DNA of 64,000 nucleotides. Source: Lingula anatina (lineage: Eukaryota > Animalia > Brachiopoda). Within the stretch, counting starts at the first letter, position 1. Every line of letters starts with the position of its first letter. The translations under genes were made by a program, and so were the position numbers. Positions 1 to 12,800 of the stretch are shown in pieces. Under the pieces are notes generated by a model. That model saw only the letters and a program-made list of their open reading frames with translations. It ran no database searches and was not told the origin of the DNA. The DNA lies in assembly GCA_051362555.1 (NCBI GenBank), contig CM120640.1, positions 14,322,001 to 14,386,000 on the forward strand. Direction: 5' to 3'.

Positions 1-37
1 TTGTCAAAATAGTTATGTATTCTTATATTTTTCTTAG

Positions 38-3000
38 GGTTCTTGATCTTGTAGAAGTTCTTGTTCATGCCCATGCACCTGCAGGAATGCTGTTGGTAAG
101 TGCTAATAAAACTTAATAAAATCATTACACATAAATGTTAAGACCATGACTTGCAAAGAAGAAATGTTTACACACCATGGTCTGAGTGAGTGGCAGGTTT
201 TTTTAAAATCTTAAGTATTTTTTTTTCTTACAGGAGGTGATTATCCCTTTGTTTGGGCTGATCGAGTCTGGTTCAGTGCTGAAACCTCTCAGGTGTCTGG
301 CAGAAAGGGCCACCCACCTGGTACACGTCATTTTTAAGATAAAAAAGGTGAGAGTTATTAATATATTTAAAGTATTGAGATGATTGGAAATAATTGAGAT
401 TAAGTTAACATAGAGCAAATCAAAACTGCTTGACATTGCGATATGGCATTATAGAGTCCAAAGTTATGAAAATGTTATGAAATATAGTGTGTGGCAAGAT
501 GATTTTTTATTGCAGCCTGCTGCTGACAATAATTTGCAAAAGGAGTCTTTGCCAGGGTTTGTGAGGGATTTTATTCAATACTCTGCTAAAGGTCAGTAAA
601 CTTTAAAGTTCATGATTTAGTCCAGCCTTTCTCTATGACTTTACATAACCTAAATGCAGGCATCAGATTGTTGAAGAATTTTTTTCTCAATGGCATCAAC
701 ATTACAGAAAATAATTTATTCTTATTGCTGTATCGGGATAATTCTAACTCCATTTGAATGCAGCTTTTAGTTTTTAAAAGTTGCTGTATGCTGGTTAGTT
801 GTATTGTTGAGTAACTGGTCAATTATTGTAGAGTCATAGCAAGAGAACCATTTTTACAGGCCCTCCTCTCTGAGTCTGGTTACTGTGTGTTGCGGGTGTG
901 GGGTGTGGTCTCATGAGTGTCACATGAGTGATTACATTTGCTTCACACCTGACTGGTAGCGAACACTTACATCAACTTACATGTAGTTATCCCAGAACAA
1001 TTGTTGTTGTTGTTTTTTTTAGCACCAAATGTTCCACATAAAGATATTGCCAGTGCCTGCATATTTGTGGTAAGTAGCTGGATTTCAACTACTGTAGATG
1101 ATTGCTTCTTTTGCAGACATGCTGAAACTGTCAGTCCGATCGGTCATGACCGAGAAAATTTGTCTGGACTGGTAAAAATTTGGATTTGGTCGGTCCAAAG
1201 GACCGACAAGAGTTTTAAGAGCTGCAATTTTGAATTTACAGTCATCATTCGACATACTTCACTAACAAAATTATATAAAACCCGTAGTGTTTTTTCCCTT
1301 CCATTTCAAACCTATCACATTCACAAACAAAGTAAGCTACCTTAATCGCACTGGTAGTATCTGTCTCAAACAAATAGGGTTATTTTCGGTCCGACAAAAA
1401 TCCATTCCGTCTGACAAATTTTTCATTACTGCTGGTCCAAATGTCCGACCATTCTGAAAAGTTTTCAGCATGTCTGCTTTTGAAAGAATATCTTAATAAT
1501 AAATATACCTAATATGTTTACCTAAGCACTTTTTTTAATTAGATTGATTAATATTGCATATCTTGTGGTGATCATTTTAAGCTCTTTTCAAATTCACAGT
1601 TACGGGTGATGCTGGGGTTGGAACATTCTGACAAGCCCTCTCCCATGAGAACCAGGTCCCACACAGCAGATGTGAAAAACCATGCTAAGGTAAATTTTGG
1701 CTCCTTCACAACAGATGAAGGAATAATTGTGAAAGCAATTTTTTACAGTATGAAAAAAGGGATTTTAGTGGCAAAATACTTTGATGAATTATAGCATAAA
1801 ATGGTATCAAACTCGTTTTAACTGAAATTTAAGGTCTTGTTTTTATAATAGGAAGAAGAAAAACATCTTGAAGAGGTGGTGAATGTCATAAAAGAGGAGC
1901 TCTCAAGTCTCTTTGAGAAAAGGTAATCCGTTAAATATTACATCTCATTGACTTAAGTCACCTCAGCTTTGTTTTAATGATGTATGTTGATAAATGTTAT
2001 TGTCTGGTGCTAAATGGAAAATTTTAGGAAGTGATTATGAAATAAGAATATTTAAATGAGTTTGACTGTATAATTTTTTCCTATTCAGGGATAATCGCTT
2101 GAACCAAATGATGTTCCACAGCTTGCTGGAAAGACAACCTGTAAGCAGCATTGATTATTAAGACTTCATCTATCTTTAGGCATATTTCCATTACAAATTT
2201 AGTATAGAACAGGAATTCCCTATTAGTCATAATGAACTTGCTACAAGTGTCTTAATCATGTTATATTTTAACAGCACTTGCTCTTTCATTTCATTTGTTT
2301 CATTTATCATTTAGATTTTGCTGTGGCCAGTGGCTGAGCATCTGCTGTCATATGCTGTTAATGCAGATATAAGAGTATTTTGTAGGGTATGTTTTCATAT
2401 TATAATACAGTAGCTGGGCAGTTTTGATATTTTAATAAATCTTTGTTGAAGACCCTGGTAAGTGAGTAGCAAAGCTGATGAATTACCCTTTTTTTGCAAA
2501 GTGTTGTAATTTTTTTGTTTTATTTAATGGTAATTGCTGAACCATTTAATGATAAGTGGGTTTACTAGAAATATGATTTGAAAACTCAAATTTATTTATA
2601 TTTTATGAAGTACATGTATTTTTAAATCTACTTTCAGACAAGAGCGTTGTCTTCTCTTGCTGCAATGATTAACAAAAATGTGGTGAGTATATTTTAAAAT
2701 CTTAATGTTTTAATAAAAAACAATTTTAATTTGATGAAAATTGTAATAATAAACATTTCATGCTTGTTAGGAACCTGTGGATTGTTTAATATGTAACAAT
2801 AAATCTTTTATCACTCATTTATGCCAGAAGAGTTATTGAAGAATGGGATTTTCAGTTTATCTGGTCTATTTCAGGTTCAGTCTATAGGAGAGGACAAATG
2901 GTCATCTTTTTCACGGCAGTTGGTCTCCAAGTTGACAGAGGTAATGTGGAAATAAGTTTGATTGCTTAAAAAAGTAAAATAACACACATGTGCATTAAAA

Positions 3001-3996
3001 ATGTATTTTATAAAATACAATATGATTTTTTTATTTATTGCAGTCTCTGGTGAATGTATCAGAATTGAAACCTCGTTACATTCAAGAAGCTGCCTTGGTG
3101 CTTGTGAAGTATTTACATAGTCAACCCACACAGGTTGGTTTTAAAAAAATTCTGTACAGCTTACTTAAATACTTGAACCCTGACAACCCCTACACCTTCT
3201 AAAGCATCAATTATTTGGTTACTATGGATATCTTAACTTCAGCCTTATGAATATTTATTTGTCCCTCAACAAATATGTATCAGAGGACATAAATCACATT
3301 TCAAGATACATGTTATTCCAGTTTTTAGTTAAGTCACTGTTTCAAGAGTAAAACAAAAGTTAATTTAAGTCATTATTATCAACATTGTGCACAGTTGATA
3401 TTGTTCTTTGCTGCATTATTTTACCTAGTTTTTTCTATGCCTGCTGTAAATGTTAGTGAGATTCACAAACTATTCCAGCCTCTGCCAGACAGTTTGTTAA
3501 CAAAGTTGGAGAGTCTGAAAAGCCAGCTGAGTAAAGACACACGAAAAGTAATCCAGAGAGTCCTTGGAGCCAAATCAGTGAACAGGTAAAAGTAAAATTC
3601 TGAAATGTTAACTGAATCTTATCTGAATTCAGATCTCATAATTTTCAATGTAAAAGTCTGTGGGTTTCCCTAATTTTTTTCATAGCCTGCTAACATTCAC
3701 TTGTTAAATTAGAGAATTGAACAATGAAGCTCAAAAAAGTTTGTTAAATGCACATTTCATCAAAAGCATTATCAGAAAAATTATAATGAAATTTACATTT
3801 ATGTTAACTATTTAGAAAAAGAAACATGCAAGATGATACAGGAGGAGACAAAAGTCCTAAAAAGAAGCAGAAAATTCAGGGAAAAAATGGTGTTAATGCA
3901 GTTGAAGAAACTAATGGTACATCGTCAGAACTCCATGAAAACACAACAAAAGGCACAAAAATTAAGAAGAAAAAACCTAAAACAAAAAATTCATAA
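38..3996 (+). CDS. MYBBP1A: Myb-binding protein 1A (Pol5-like nucleolar protein), 3' part; 5' exons lie outside the window
   Basis: GT-AG exons in compatible phase: 38-95, 234-347, 516-591, 1023-1069, 1600-1689, 1852-1922, 2089-2140, 2315-2386, 2638-2682, 2875-2940, 3044-3133, 3479-3585 (acceptor uncertain), 3816-3996 (TAA). The translation RVLDLVEVLV...SSLFEKRDNRLNQMMFHSLLERQP resembles human MYBBP1A RVLDLVEVLV...SSFLTKRNSPLTVPMFLSLFSRHP. The C-terminal tail is Lys-rich. Confidence 0.85.
1114..1476. mobile_element. Non-autonomous TIR element (hAT-like, CAG..CTG ends) in a MYBBP1A intron
   Basis: TIR cagacatgctgaaa / tttcagcatgtctg; flanking direct repeat cttttg at 1108-1113 and 1477-1482; internal gtccga repeats. 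Confidence 0.75.
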
Positions 3997-4083
3997 AAGT
4001 CATAATGTTGAATAAATTTGAAATAGTTTTTTGGATAATTGTAATTCAACTGTGGATGAATGCAAAGATGGGGTCTTATGCTG

Positions 4084-4220
4084 GCCCCAGTTTCCTGGCT
4101 GAGACTTTTGTTACCAACATTACATGGACACATCTCATCTGATCAGGAACAATGTTACAGCACTTTCATGGACACATTCTAGTCAACTAAGGATTAGAGA
4201 TTTTTTGTGAAACAGGGGGC
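4084..4220. mobile_element. Degenerate Harbinger-like MITE
   Basis: Ends gccccagtttc / gaaacagggggc, flanked by CTG on both sides (4081-4083, 4221-4223). Confidence 0.4.
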
Positions 4221-4418
4221 CTGGTCTAAAGAAGAGTTTAAAACAATATCGAAATGGCAGAATATTATGAAAAGCTTTCTTTTTTTCTGTAACTTTAAAA
4301 ATTAGTATTTTTAAGATTTATTGCTAACTTATTATTATTATTATCTTTGATCATAGCATCATAAAATTATGTATTTCATATAAATGAAAATGCATTAAAT
4401 ATAATTTTGCAAGTTTAA

Positions 4419-4728
4419 AGGGATAACAACTGTTCGTATGATATCCATATTTCACAATAAATACATTGTAAGCAACTAATAGAAAAATAATAAATTATAT
4501 TTTACCACAAAAACAGCAGTTAACGCAGTTATTCTTGTGCTTGCCATCACATCATATGACCTCCATTGATAGCTACACTCTGATATAATCTCTTAAGAGA
4601 ATATTACAAAGGCTAAACTCTTTAGAAAAAAAAAAATGCGGACTAACTTTGAATGTCAGAATGGATTCATTAACCATTGGTAAGTATGGGAAAATTGTCC
4701 TTTACCCTGGGAAAATCCATGTTTTGAC
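4419..4728 (-). mobile_element. Kolobok-like non-autonomous element, truncated copy
   Basis: TTAA followed by agggataacaact. The body is the reverse complement of the copies at 42841-43158 and 45214-45561; the other TIR is missing. Confidence 0.7.
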
Positions 4729-5617
4729 ATCTGCTGCTTGTGAACTTTTATCAGTCATTGCGGAATCCAGACTGAATCACACAAAATCAGTCGAAAAAGT
4801 TCACCATACATTCACCGAACTGGTGAAAACTTGGGGAAAAATGACAGCGTAAAAGAGCGCCTTCCAACTTGCTCAAACACGCGAATGCAAATTGAGCTCT
4901 ACGCATGCTCATGCAATTCTCATATAATCCCTAATGATCAGATGAGAGTTAAATACTCCATTCACTTTTACATGCACTTTGTTTTACCAGAAAGTATGGA
5001 TGCAATTTATTTTAAACCTGGAAAGGGGAAGATAAAACAGTATTCTCTGCTGAACAAGTGTGATTATTTTTATAGACCATGCACTTGTTAAACTAATGCA
5101 AGTTTAATCACATATCATGCAATATCCTAGTAAAATGATACATGAAGAGAAAGGACAGTGTTGTTGCTCTAATTAAAGCTCTTTATTTCTTCATTTAAAA
5201 ACATGAAATGGCTGATAAGCACACTTTCTTTTGAAAAGAATCCATGTTTTACCAAGGAATATGAAGTATACATAAGAATATAAATGTCATATTTTAATAT
5301 GACTTTTGCAGACACTTTAAAATACCTACAAGTTCGTAATAATTTTACAGATATTTGAGTCACTTGGTGCACTCTTTTGTTCAATGATTCTCATTTTAAC
5401 ATGAAGGAATCAATTCATAATTTAAATCAAAAGTTTTCACAAGCCATGTATAAGCTTGGCTAGCAAGCTGTGGCATAAGAAATCTTACAAAAAAAAAAAA
5501 CAAAAAAAAAAACAGGAAATAGCCTGCAGACTGATAATTGACAAGTAGTGTTCATACAACTAAACTCCACAACAAATTGTCTACTCCTGTTACACGTAGC
5601 TCCAATGTGAAGGGGAT

Positions 5618-6540
5618 TTAGAATGTTCTGCCATCATATCCAACATTGCTGCCTTGGAACACGGTAAAGAACACATACACCCTGGAAAAAATATGAAAGA
5701 TGTGAACATTGGTGACATAAAAATACATAGGCAGCAAATTGGCATAATAATGCCACTTTTTAAATGAGTATCAGAGGATTTTTCTACTACTGTATTTACC
5801 TGTTTGAAGGTATTCCAAGTTGTTTCTTTAACAGTTCACAAATTGCACTTGAACATTTTTCTGTGGATGTCTTGATGTTGCCCACATTGCCCAGGGTTAC
5901 TTCAGCTGTGGGTTCCGTGCTGCCACCAAAGCTCATCTGCTGGTCAGTTTGTAATCTCACCTGGATATACTAGATTAAGAAAATAAAAATATATTTACAA
6001 TTTAAAATCTGGCAGTTCAATAAACATATTCACTTGTAATTTGTGTAAAATTAAGAGAATAATTGACCTCTAGCACTCCTAACTACGTATTGAACTTAAC
6101 AGGATTGCTTATGATACAAGCATTATTTGGTCTAAATCGACTGTAATCGCGCTGAATTACTGTAATTTATGCAGAAGGCGTTGGAAAAATTAAAGAAAAT
6201 TCTTCCCAAAATAATTAAGCCTATACTATAATTTGACACATATTTCTTTATTAAAAATGCCAAGAAAATCCGGCGTTTGCAGAAGCTCGAGACTGCGACA
6301 GGATCAATATCGCAGTCATCCGTCGTGCTAACCGGCATGCTTTCTACTACATGTATAACTACTGTAGTAGAACTTACCGGTAAAAGAAAACGTCCTACAT
6401 GTACAACTTAAAAGTCAATGTCAATTACTTACTGCAGCTGGCTTTCCTGTTAAAGAAGCCACTGTTTTCGTTGCCTCCTCAAAAAATGCATCCGTAGACG
6501 CAGGTTTTGCAACATTTGTATGTATGACAAGACAAGGCAT
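5618..6540 (-). CDS. MIF: Macrophage migration inhibitory factor / tautomerase family protein (~113 aa)
   Basis: Three exons, 6433-6540, 5800-5969 and 5618-5681, give MPCLVIHTNV...LTGKPAAYIQV...QMSFGGSTEP...LGIPSNRVYVFF...NVGYDGRTF*. Catalytic Pro-2 is present and the three-exon layout is typical of MIF. Confidence 0.93.
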
Positions 6541-6823
6541 GTTTGTCAAAAATTCTGGAATGATACAGTAGACGTCTAGAGCGTAAAGAAAATTGAAGGT
6601 CGGTAAAGGTCGGTGGGCCACTCACAACATAAAAAAACACATACAAAAAGAATTGGCATTTGTAAATGTCAGAATTGGGTTAATTCATAACAGCTGCAAG
6701 ATGCACGTAGAATAAGGTGAAAAATTTACATAAAACATTTAAATATTCTAAATATCTCGTTTCCTTTTATATATGTTGTAAGCAACATAGGTACCAAGCT
6801 GCTGCCTTCCGTAAACATGAAGG
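6541..6823. promoter_or_regulatory. Compact bidirectional promoter, MIF/TMEM134
   Basis: Divergent ATGs at 6540 (-) and 6824 (+) with only 283 bp between them. Confidence 0.6.
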
Positions 6824-9800
6824 ATGGCAGGCCGAGGCTTTTCTGTAGATGATGCATTTGAATCTGATGAAGATGAAAAAATCAGAACATATGGGTCCAC
6901 AACAGCAACGAAAGCATTTAGAGGTGCTGGTAAGCAAGAAAAGACAAAGGAACAGCACGAAGAACAATCAGTAAGCATTTTCATTTTCCCTTTAATCGAG
7001 GATAAACTACTGGCCTTGCAATGGTAGACATGTGCAAGAAAATTGGATCAATCATTCAATGAAGTGAAAATGTTGAAACACACTTAGTTAATCATCGATC
7101 AGTACATTCATGTTTGCCATGTCGTTGCATTTACCTGTTTTGGTTGGGCAATTAATCAGTAACCTAAATACTGTACATTATGATTCGAAATGTCATTAAT
7201 TAAACCATTCTAAACAAATTGTTTCTTAGAGAATCTACAGTAGAGACCCCCCCCCCAATATAAACATGCATTCTGTTATAAACATATGAGGTAGAGGTCT
7301 TTTTCTTTTAAAAATTTGCACTATTTAACATGAGAGCCAAGAATTATGAACATGTATCATTACTAGTAATTTTTTTCTATAGTTTCAGGTTTCTGAAAGT
7401 GGTGGATTACTAGAAACTTCCCCAGATTCTCCTTCGTAAGTATTTACAATTTTGTTTGTATGCTTCTTTTGCTGTAGCTTTAAAAATATCTAATGCATCT
7501 GCCTTGACATTGTTCTTATCTCCTTGAAGTTAATTTGTAGCAGAATGTAGGGTAGCACAAAATTCCTGTGTTAGCATGCACTTTTATTGACTAATTTGAT
7601 ATCTGCAGTATATGCAGCGCTCTGAGGCCTTTGCTTTCATGCATTAGGACAGTGTAAATTGATGTCAAAATGGTCAATAGGAGTGCTAACACATGAATTT
7701 AGTGCTTAATGTAGGGTTGCATTCTTTCAGTATGGAGGTTCAACGGTCTGAAAATGAAAGGAAATTTTAAGTTTGCTAAAAATGCCTCAAAGGTTTGAAA
7801 CTCGGTGAGCTCATTGACCTGAAAATTTCACTGGTTGAAAGGTGCATTGGTTCAAAAAGTTATTTTAACCATCATCCTGTTATAGGGAATTGTTGTTTAA
7901 AACAATTCTTGATTAATTACAGCATTTGTCTTAGAGGAACAGAGTAATGAAGATCTGACCAAGCTTAAAAGTTTTTTTACCAATAAACAAGTGGAGTAAT
8001 TTAGACCATTGAAACTTCAGATTAAAGCCCCCTTTACACTGGACGGCCCCCTTTCTGTGTCCCATAGTACAGCCCCGTTTGAAAGTAAAAAAAATATTCT
8101 TTACATTCCAACAACTGGCCAATTGAGCATACATTTTGTGACCAAAACGATGCTTGTGCCTCCTTTAAATGACCACAGCGATGTCAGTGTCATGGTAGTA
8201 CAAAGGAAAGGATGCCAGTCCAGTGTAAAGGGAGTTTAAGGAAACTTAGGACCAATGAACCCCAGTCAGTTCAGTGCACCATTAGGCTTTTGATGCTGGT
8301 TGCAATAACACTAATTTTAGTTTGTTAAATTATGCTTATCTGTTTGCATTAATTAAAAAGAAGTGGAACTGTTTGATGTTGGTTGGGAATTGTTTGCACA
8401 TGTCCTTGGCAGGAATAAGGTATAATATACATGTATCTACCAATTCCACAATAAAAAACAAGCACAGTGTATACTAGTATGTATTTAAAATGTTCAGGAC
8501 AAAAGTCCAGGGTATGTTATGCTAAACACTTTCATTGAGCTTGGTGTCAGGTAATTTTGGGGATACTTTTCTTAAATTTTCTGCACATCAGGGCTAAACT
8601 GGACTTGTCTCGGTTATCATTTGCTGACACTGGGACTACAGATGATGCAAGTATATCTGTGAAAACATTCTCTGGCAATGTGATGTAAGTATACAGTCTA
8701 AGCAGGCTGCTTGAATACTGTATTTTTTAAGCAAAAATCATTTCTTTCTGTTTGAGAAGAATGTTAAGCTTAAAATCATTTGCCAATATACTATCGTTTG
8801 AATTGTATGAATTCAAAGCTTACTAACTCTTGTTTTATCTACAGCTCTGTGAATTTGAATCAAAGCTTTTAGAATAACAGGTTTCCTGTAAAGATGTAGC
8901 TGCCAAAATAAAGTACTAGTAGGTTTTAAATTTGTGATTGATATGCAACTAGGCATAAGTTAATATGCTTATGCCTATTAACTTATGCCTAGTTGCATAT
9001 CAATCGCAACTAGGCATAAGTTAATATGCTTGCTTTTAAATATATTTCAACTTCATTAATTGCGAACAAGTGTAGAAATTCAAGATCACACAGATTCTTA
9101 TCATGAAGGGAGAGAAAGTCATGATTTTCCATGACGTTAACCAAAATTCAAATATTGATGTGTAGAATTTGGATATAGGGATTTGAGTGAATGGATGAGT
9201 TGAGTATTTAGGGAAATATTGAAACTTCAAAGTGTTATTAAAGTATATGTCATGAATTATTTTCTGCTATTAATACAACCCAATGCTAATACATATTTAG
9301 TTTATAGTTACGTACATGGATATTCAGAACATAAGAAGGAACTTAAGAATAGGCAGAAAGTAATTGGTGCATTTTTTTTTTTTTTTGTAACCAAAGTTGC
9401 TAAATTTGAATTTGATTTTTATTATGCTTTTTAAAAATTCATTTTAGCTGGTACAGACATCCCAAGGTTCGAGACAATTGGAAAATTGTATTGGCCTCAT
9501 TTGTCCTCTTGTTGATTGGCCTTGGTATGTGTTCATCATAGTACAGGGTGTATTCTTTACATTGGGAATGGAGCAACACGTTTTTAGTTGCATTACTGGT
9601 TTAAATTTGTGCTGTTTAGATACATTAAGCATGTTTCAGAATCTTTTTGATTCATTAATTTAGTTGTTTTTTATTTTTGAATAACTGAGCTAATCAAATG
9701 ATGTGTACTGATTTCCAATATAAACAGATATATATGTGCAGTCTATTTTAAATATAACATGATAAGGAATAAAGTATGAACAGTATTTCACTGTTGAATA

Positions 9801-12800
9801 ATTGAATTGTAATTGCAGGGTTGATAGTGGCTGGTATAGTTATAGAGGTATCACACACGTCTGGTAAGTACTCTGATGCCAGTAAATTCTTGAGGTAAAC
9901 TAAACTAGAGGATCAGAGAGGCGATACCGCCTCCGAATATTGTACCACCAGCTGGAGCAAGCGCATTCGTATAGACCCCCACATACACAAAATAAGGGGT
10001 GCAGCCACCAGTCTTGTGCTTGACAAGCTGTAAAAATGCAATCAACAAGAATTTTCAAAATATGCAAAAAATATATATAACTAAAAATGGTGCAATCAAA
10101 GTTAAGTTCATTGTAAGGTAGGTCAAAGGTCAATTTCAAGGTCACAGTAAATTGCCAGTATATGACTTCCTATCCAACTTCAATAGTAACTATGGACCTA
10201 TCTCTGCCAGTTTTGGAGATAAAAGGGAAGCAAAATTTGCAAAGTTCAGTTCATGGTGAAAAGTAGGTCAAAGGTCAATTTCAAGGTCACAGTAAGATTG
10301 CCAGTATATGACTTCCTATTCAACTTCAACAGTAACTATGGACCTATCTCTGCCAGTTTTGGAGATAAAAGGGAAGCAAAATTTGCAAAGTTCAGTTCAT
10401 GGTGAAAAGTAGGTCAAAGGTCAATTTCAAGGTCACATTTAGATTGCCAGTATATGACTTCCTATTCAACTTCAATAGTAACTATGGACCTATCTCTGCC
10501 AGTTTTGGAGATAAAAGGGAAGCAAAATTTGCAAAGTTCAGTTCATGGTGATAAGTAGGTCAAAGGTCAATTTCAAGGTCACAGTAAGATTGCCAGTATA
10601 TGACTTCCTATTCAACTTCAATAGTAACTATGGACCTATCTCTGCCAGTTTTGGAGATAAAAGGGAAGCAAAATTTGCAAAGTTCAGTTCATGGTGAAAA
10701 GTAGGTCAAAGGTCAATTTCAAGGTCACATTTAGATTGCCAGTATATGACTTCCTATTCAACTTCAATAGTAACTATGGACCTATCTCTGCCAGTTTTGG
10801 AGATAAAAGGGAAGCAAAATTTGCAAAGTTCAGTTCATGGTGAAAAGAAGGTCAAAGGTCAATTTCAAGGTCACAGTAAAATTGCCAGTATATGACTTCC
10901 TATGCAAGTTCAATAGTAACTATGGACCTATCTCTGCCAGTTTTGGAGATAAAAGGGAAGCAAATTTTGCAAAGTTCAGTTCAAGGTGAAAAGTAGGTCA
11001 AAGGTCAATTTCAAGGTCACAGTAAAATTGCCAGTATATGACTTCCTATTCAAGTTCAATAGTAACTATGGACCTATCTCTGCCAGTTTTGGAGATAAAA
11101 GGGAAGCAAAATTTGCAAAGTTCAGTTCATGGTGATAAGTAGGTCAAAGGTCAATTTCAAGGTCACAGTAAGATTGCCAGTATATGACTTCCTATTCAAC
11201 TTCAATAGTAACTATGGACCTATCTCTGCCAGTTTTGGAGATAAAAGGGAAGCAAAATTTGCAAAGTTCAGTTCATGGTGAAAAGTAGGTCAAAGGTCAA
11301 TGTCAAGGTCACAGTAAGATTGCCAGTATATGACTTCCTATTCAACTTCAATAGTAACTATGGACCTATCTCTGCCAGTTTTGGAGATAAAAGGGAAGCA
11401 AAATTTGCAAAGTTCAGTTCATGACGAAAAGTAGGTCAAAGGTCAATTTCAAGGTCACAGTAAGATTGCCAGTATATGACTTCCTATTCAACTTCAATAG
11501 TAACTATGGACCTATCTCTGCCAGTTTTGGAGATAAAAGGGAAGCAAAATTTGCAAAGTTCAGTTCATGGTGAAAAGTAGGTCAAAGGTCAATTTCAAGG
11601 TCACAGTAAGATTGCCAGTACATGACTTCCTATTCAACTTCAATAGTAACTATGGACTTATCTCTGCCAGTTTTGGAGATATAAGGGACTAAATGTTATA
11701 ATTTTGGAGTTACCATAATGTGCCATAAATTTCCTACAGAAAAAATTAATTAAAATAAAGAAAAGGTCATTTTGGTCAAAGTTCTTGAAATGGGAGGTTC
11801 TCTGAAGTTGCAGAAGTTTAAATTTGATAAAATAATGTCATTTTTGACCACAAGTTGTCTGCTTTGCCAAGCATTATGTTTTATTTTTCCGGAGTTCAAA
11901 ATTTATTATCCATTACCGTACTGCACATTTTTACGGAAGCCGACTGGTGCCATATGTTGAAAAAAAAAATTATCTCGAAATTTCGAGATAGCATTTTTTT
12001 TGTTCAAATTTCAAAATACTATCTCGAAATTTCGAGATAAATTTTTTTGCTCAAATATCAAAATGCTATCTCGAAATTTCGAGATAATTTTTTTTTTGTT
12101 CAAATTTCAAAATGCTATCTCGAAATTTCAAGATAAAAATTTTTTTTGTTCAAATTTCAAAATAGTATCTCGAAATTTCGAGATAATTTTTTTTTCTACA
12201 TATGGCACCAGTCGGCTTCCGTACATTTTCCTTTCACCACCAATATGTACTTTCTGATACAGCGTAACTCGAAAACCGTATGGAATACAAAAAAACCGAG
12301 ACCACCTCCAGTGTTGGGCTTTACATGCTCTACAAAATGCAAAAAAGAATGGGTCTCTAGCATTAACGGTTCCCGAATTAGAGACAGTTTTCAGTTTCGG
12401 TATCTTATGGCCGCTACTCCTGTGAAAATGCACCGATTGACCCCAAATTCACGGAGATGAAAGATGACCTGAAGGGTAACACTTTCCAATAATATTATTG
12501 GTTAAGTCTGTGTGGCGTCTGAATAACAGGGCAAAAAAATTTTTTTCGTAAAAAATTTCATTTTTTTGAAAATTTTGACCCATTTGACCTTGAAGTAAAG
12601 GTCAAAGGTCAAATCCGAGGGTATATTTGAAATCTACACATATGACTTTTGGAAAGCCGTCTATAGAAATTTTTCCCGTAACTCCTTCTGTAGGGTAGAT
12701 AATTAGCATTTAATTTTGCCATTTTTAGACAAGGGTGCATTGCAATGAGTGCCACACCCAGACCCCAATACCGACAAAGCCCAAATTTTACGTGGAACGA

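Noticed and set aside
3833-4015. ORF-track 60-aa Lys-rich ORF
   Set aside because: It is the wrong frame of the MYBBP1A last exon; the splice phase selects the frame ending at 3996.
6289-6335. Hairpin gactgcga..tcgcagtc in a CpG-rich part of MIF intron 1
   Set aside because: Probably a transposon end fragment; no partner end or TSD found, so it cannot be classified.
8179-8300. Possible extra TMEM134 exon
   Set aside because: The required phase hits a stop at 8237, the sequence is the end of a Harbinger-like MITE, and the flanking exons join correctly without it.
10088-11688. Regular repeat array considered as a CRISPR
   Set aside because: The units are contiguous 146-bp near-identical monomers with no unique spacers, no cas genes are present, and the array lies in a eukaryotic intron.
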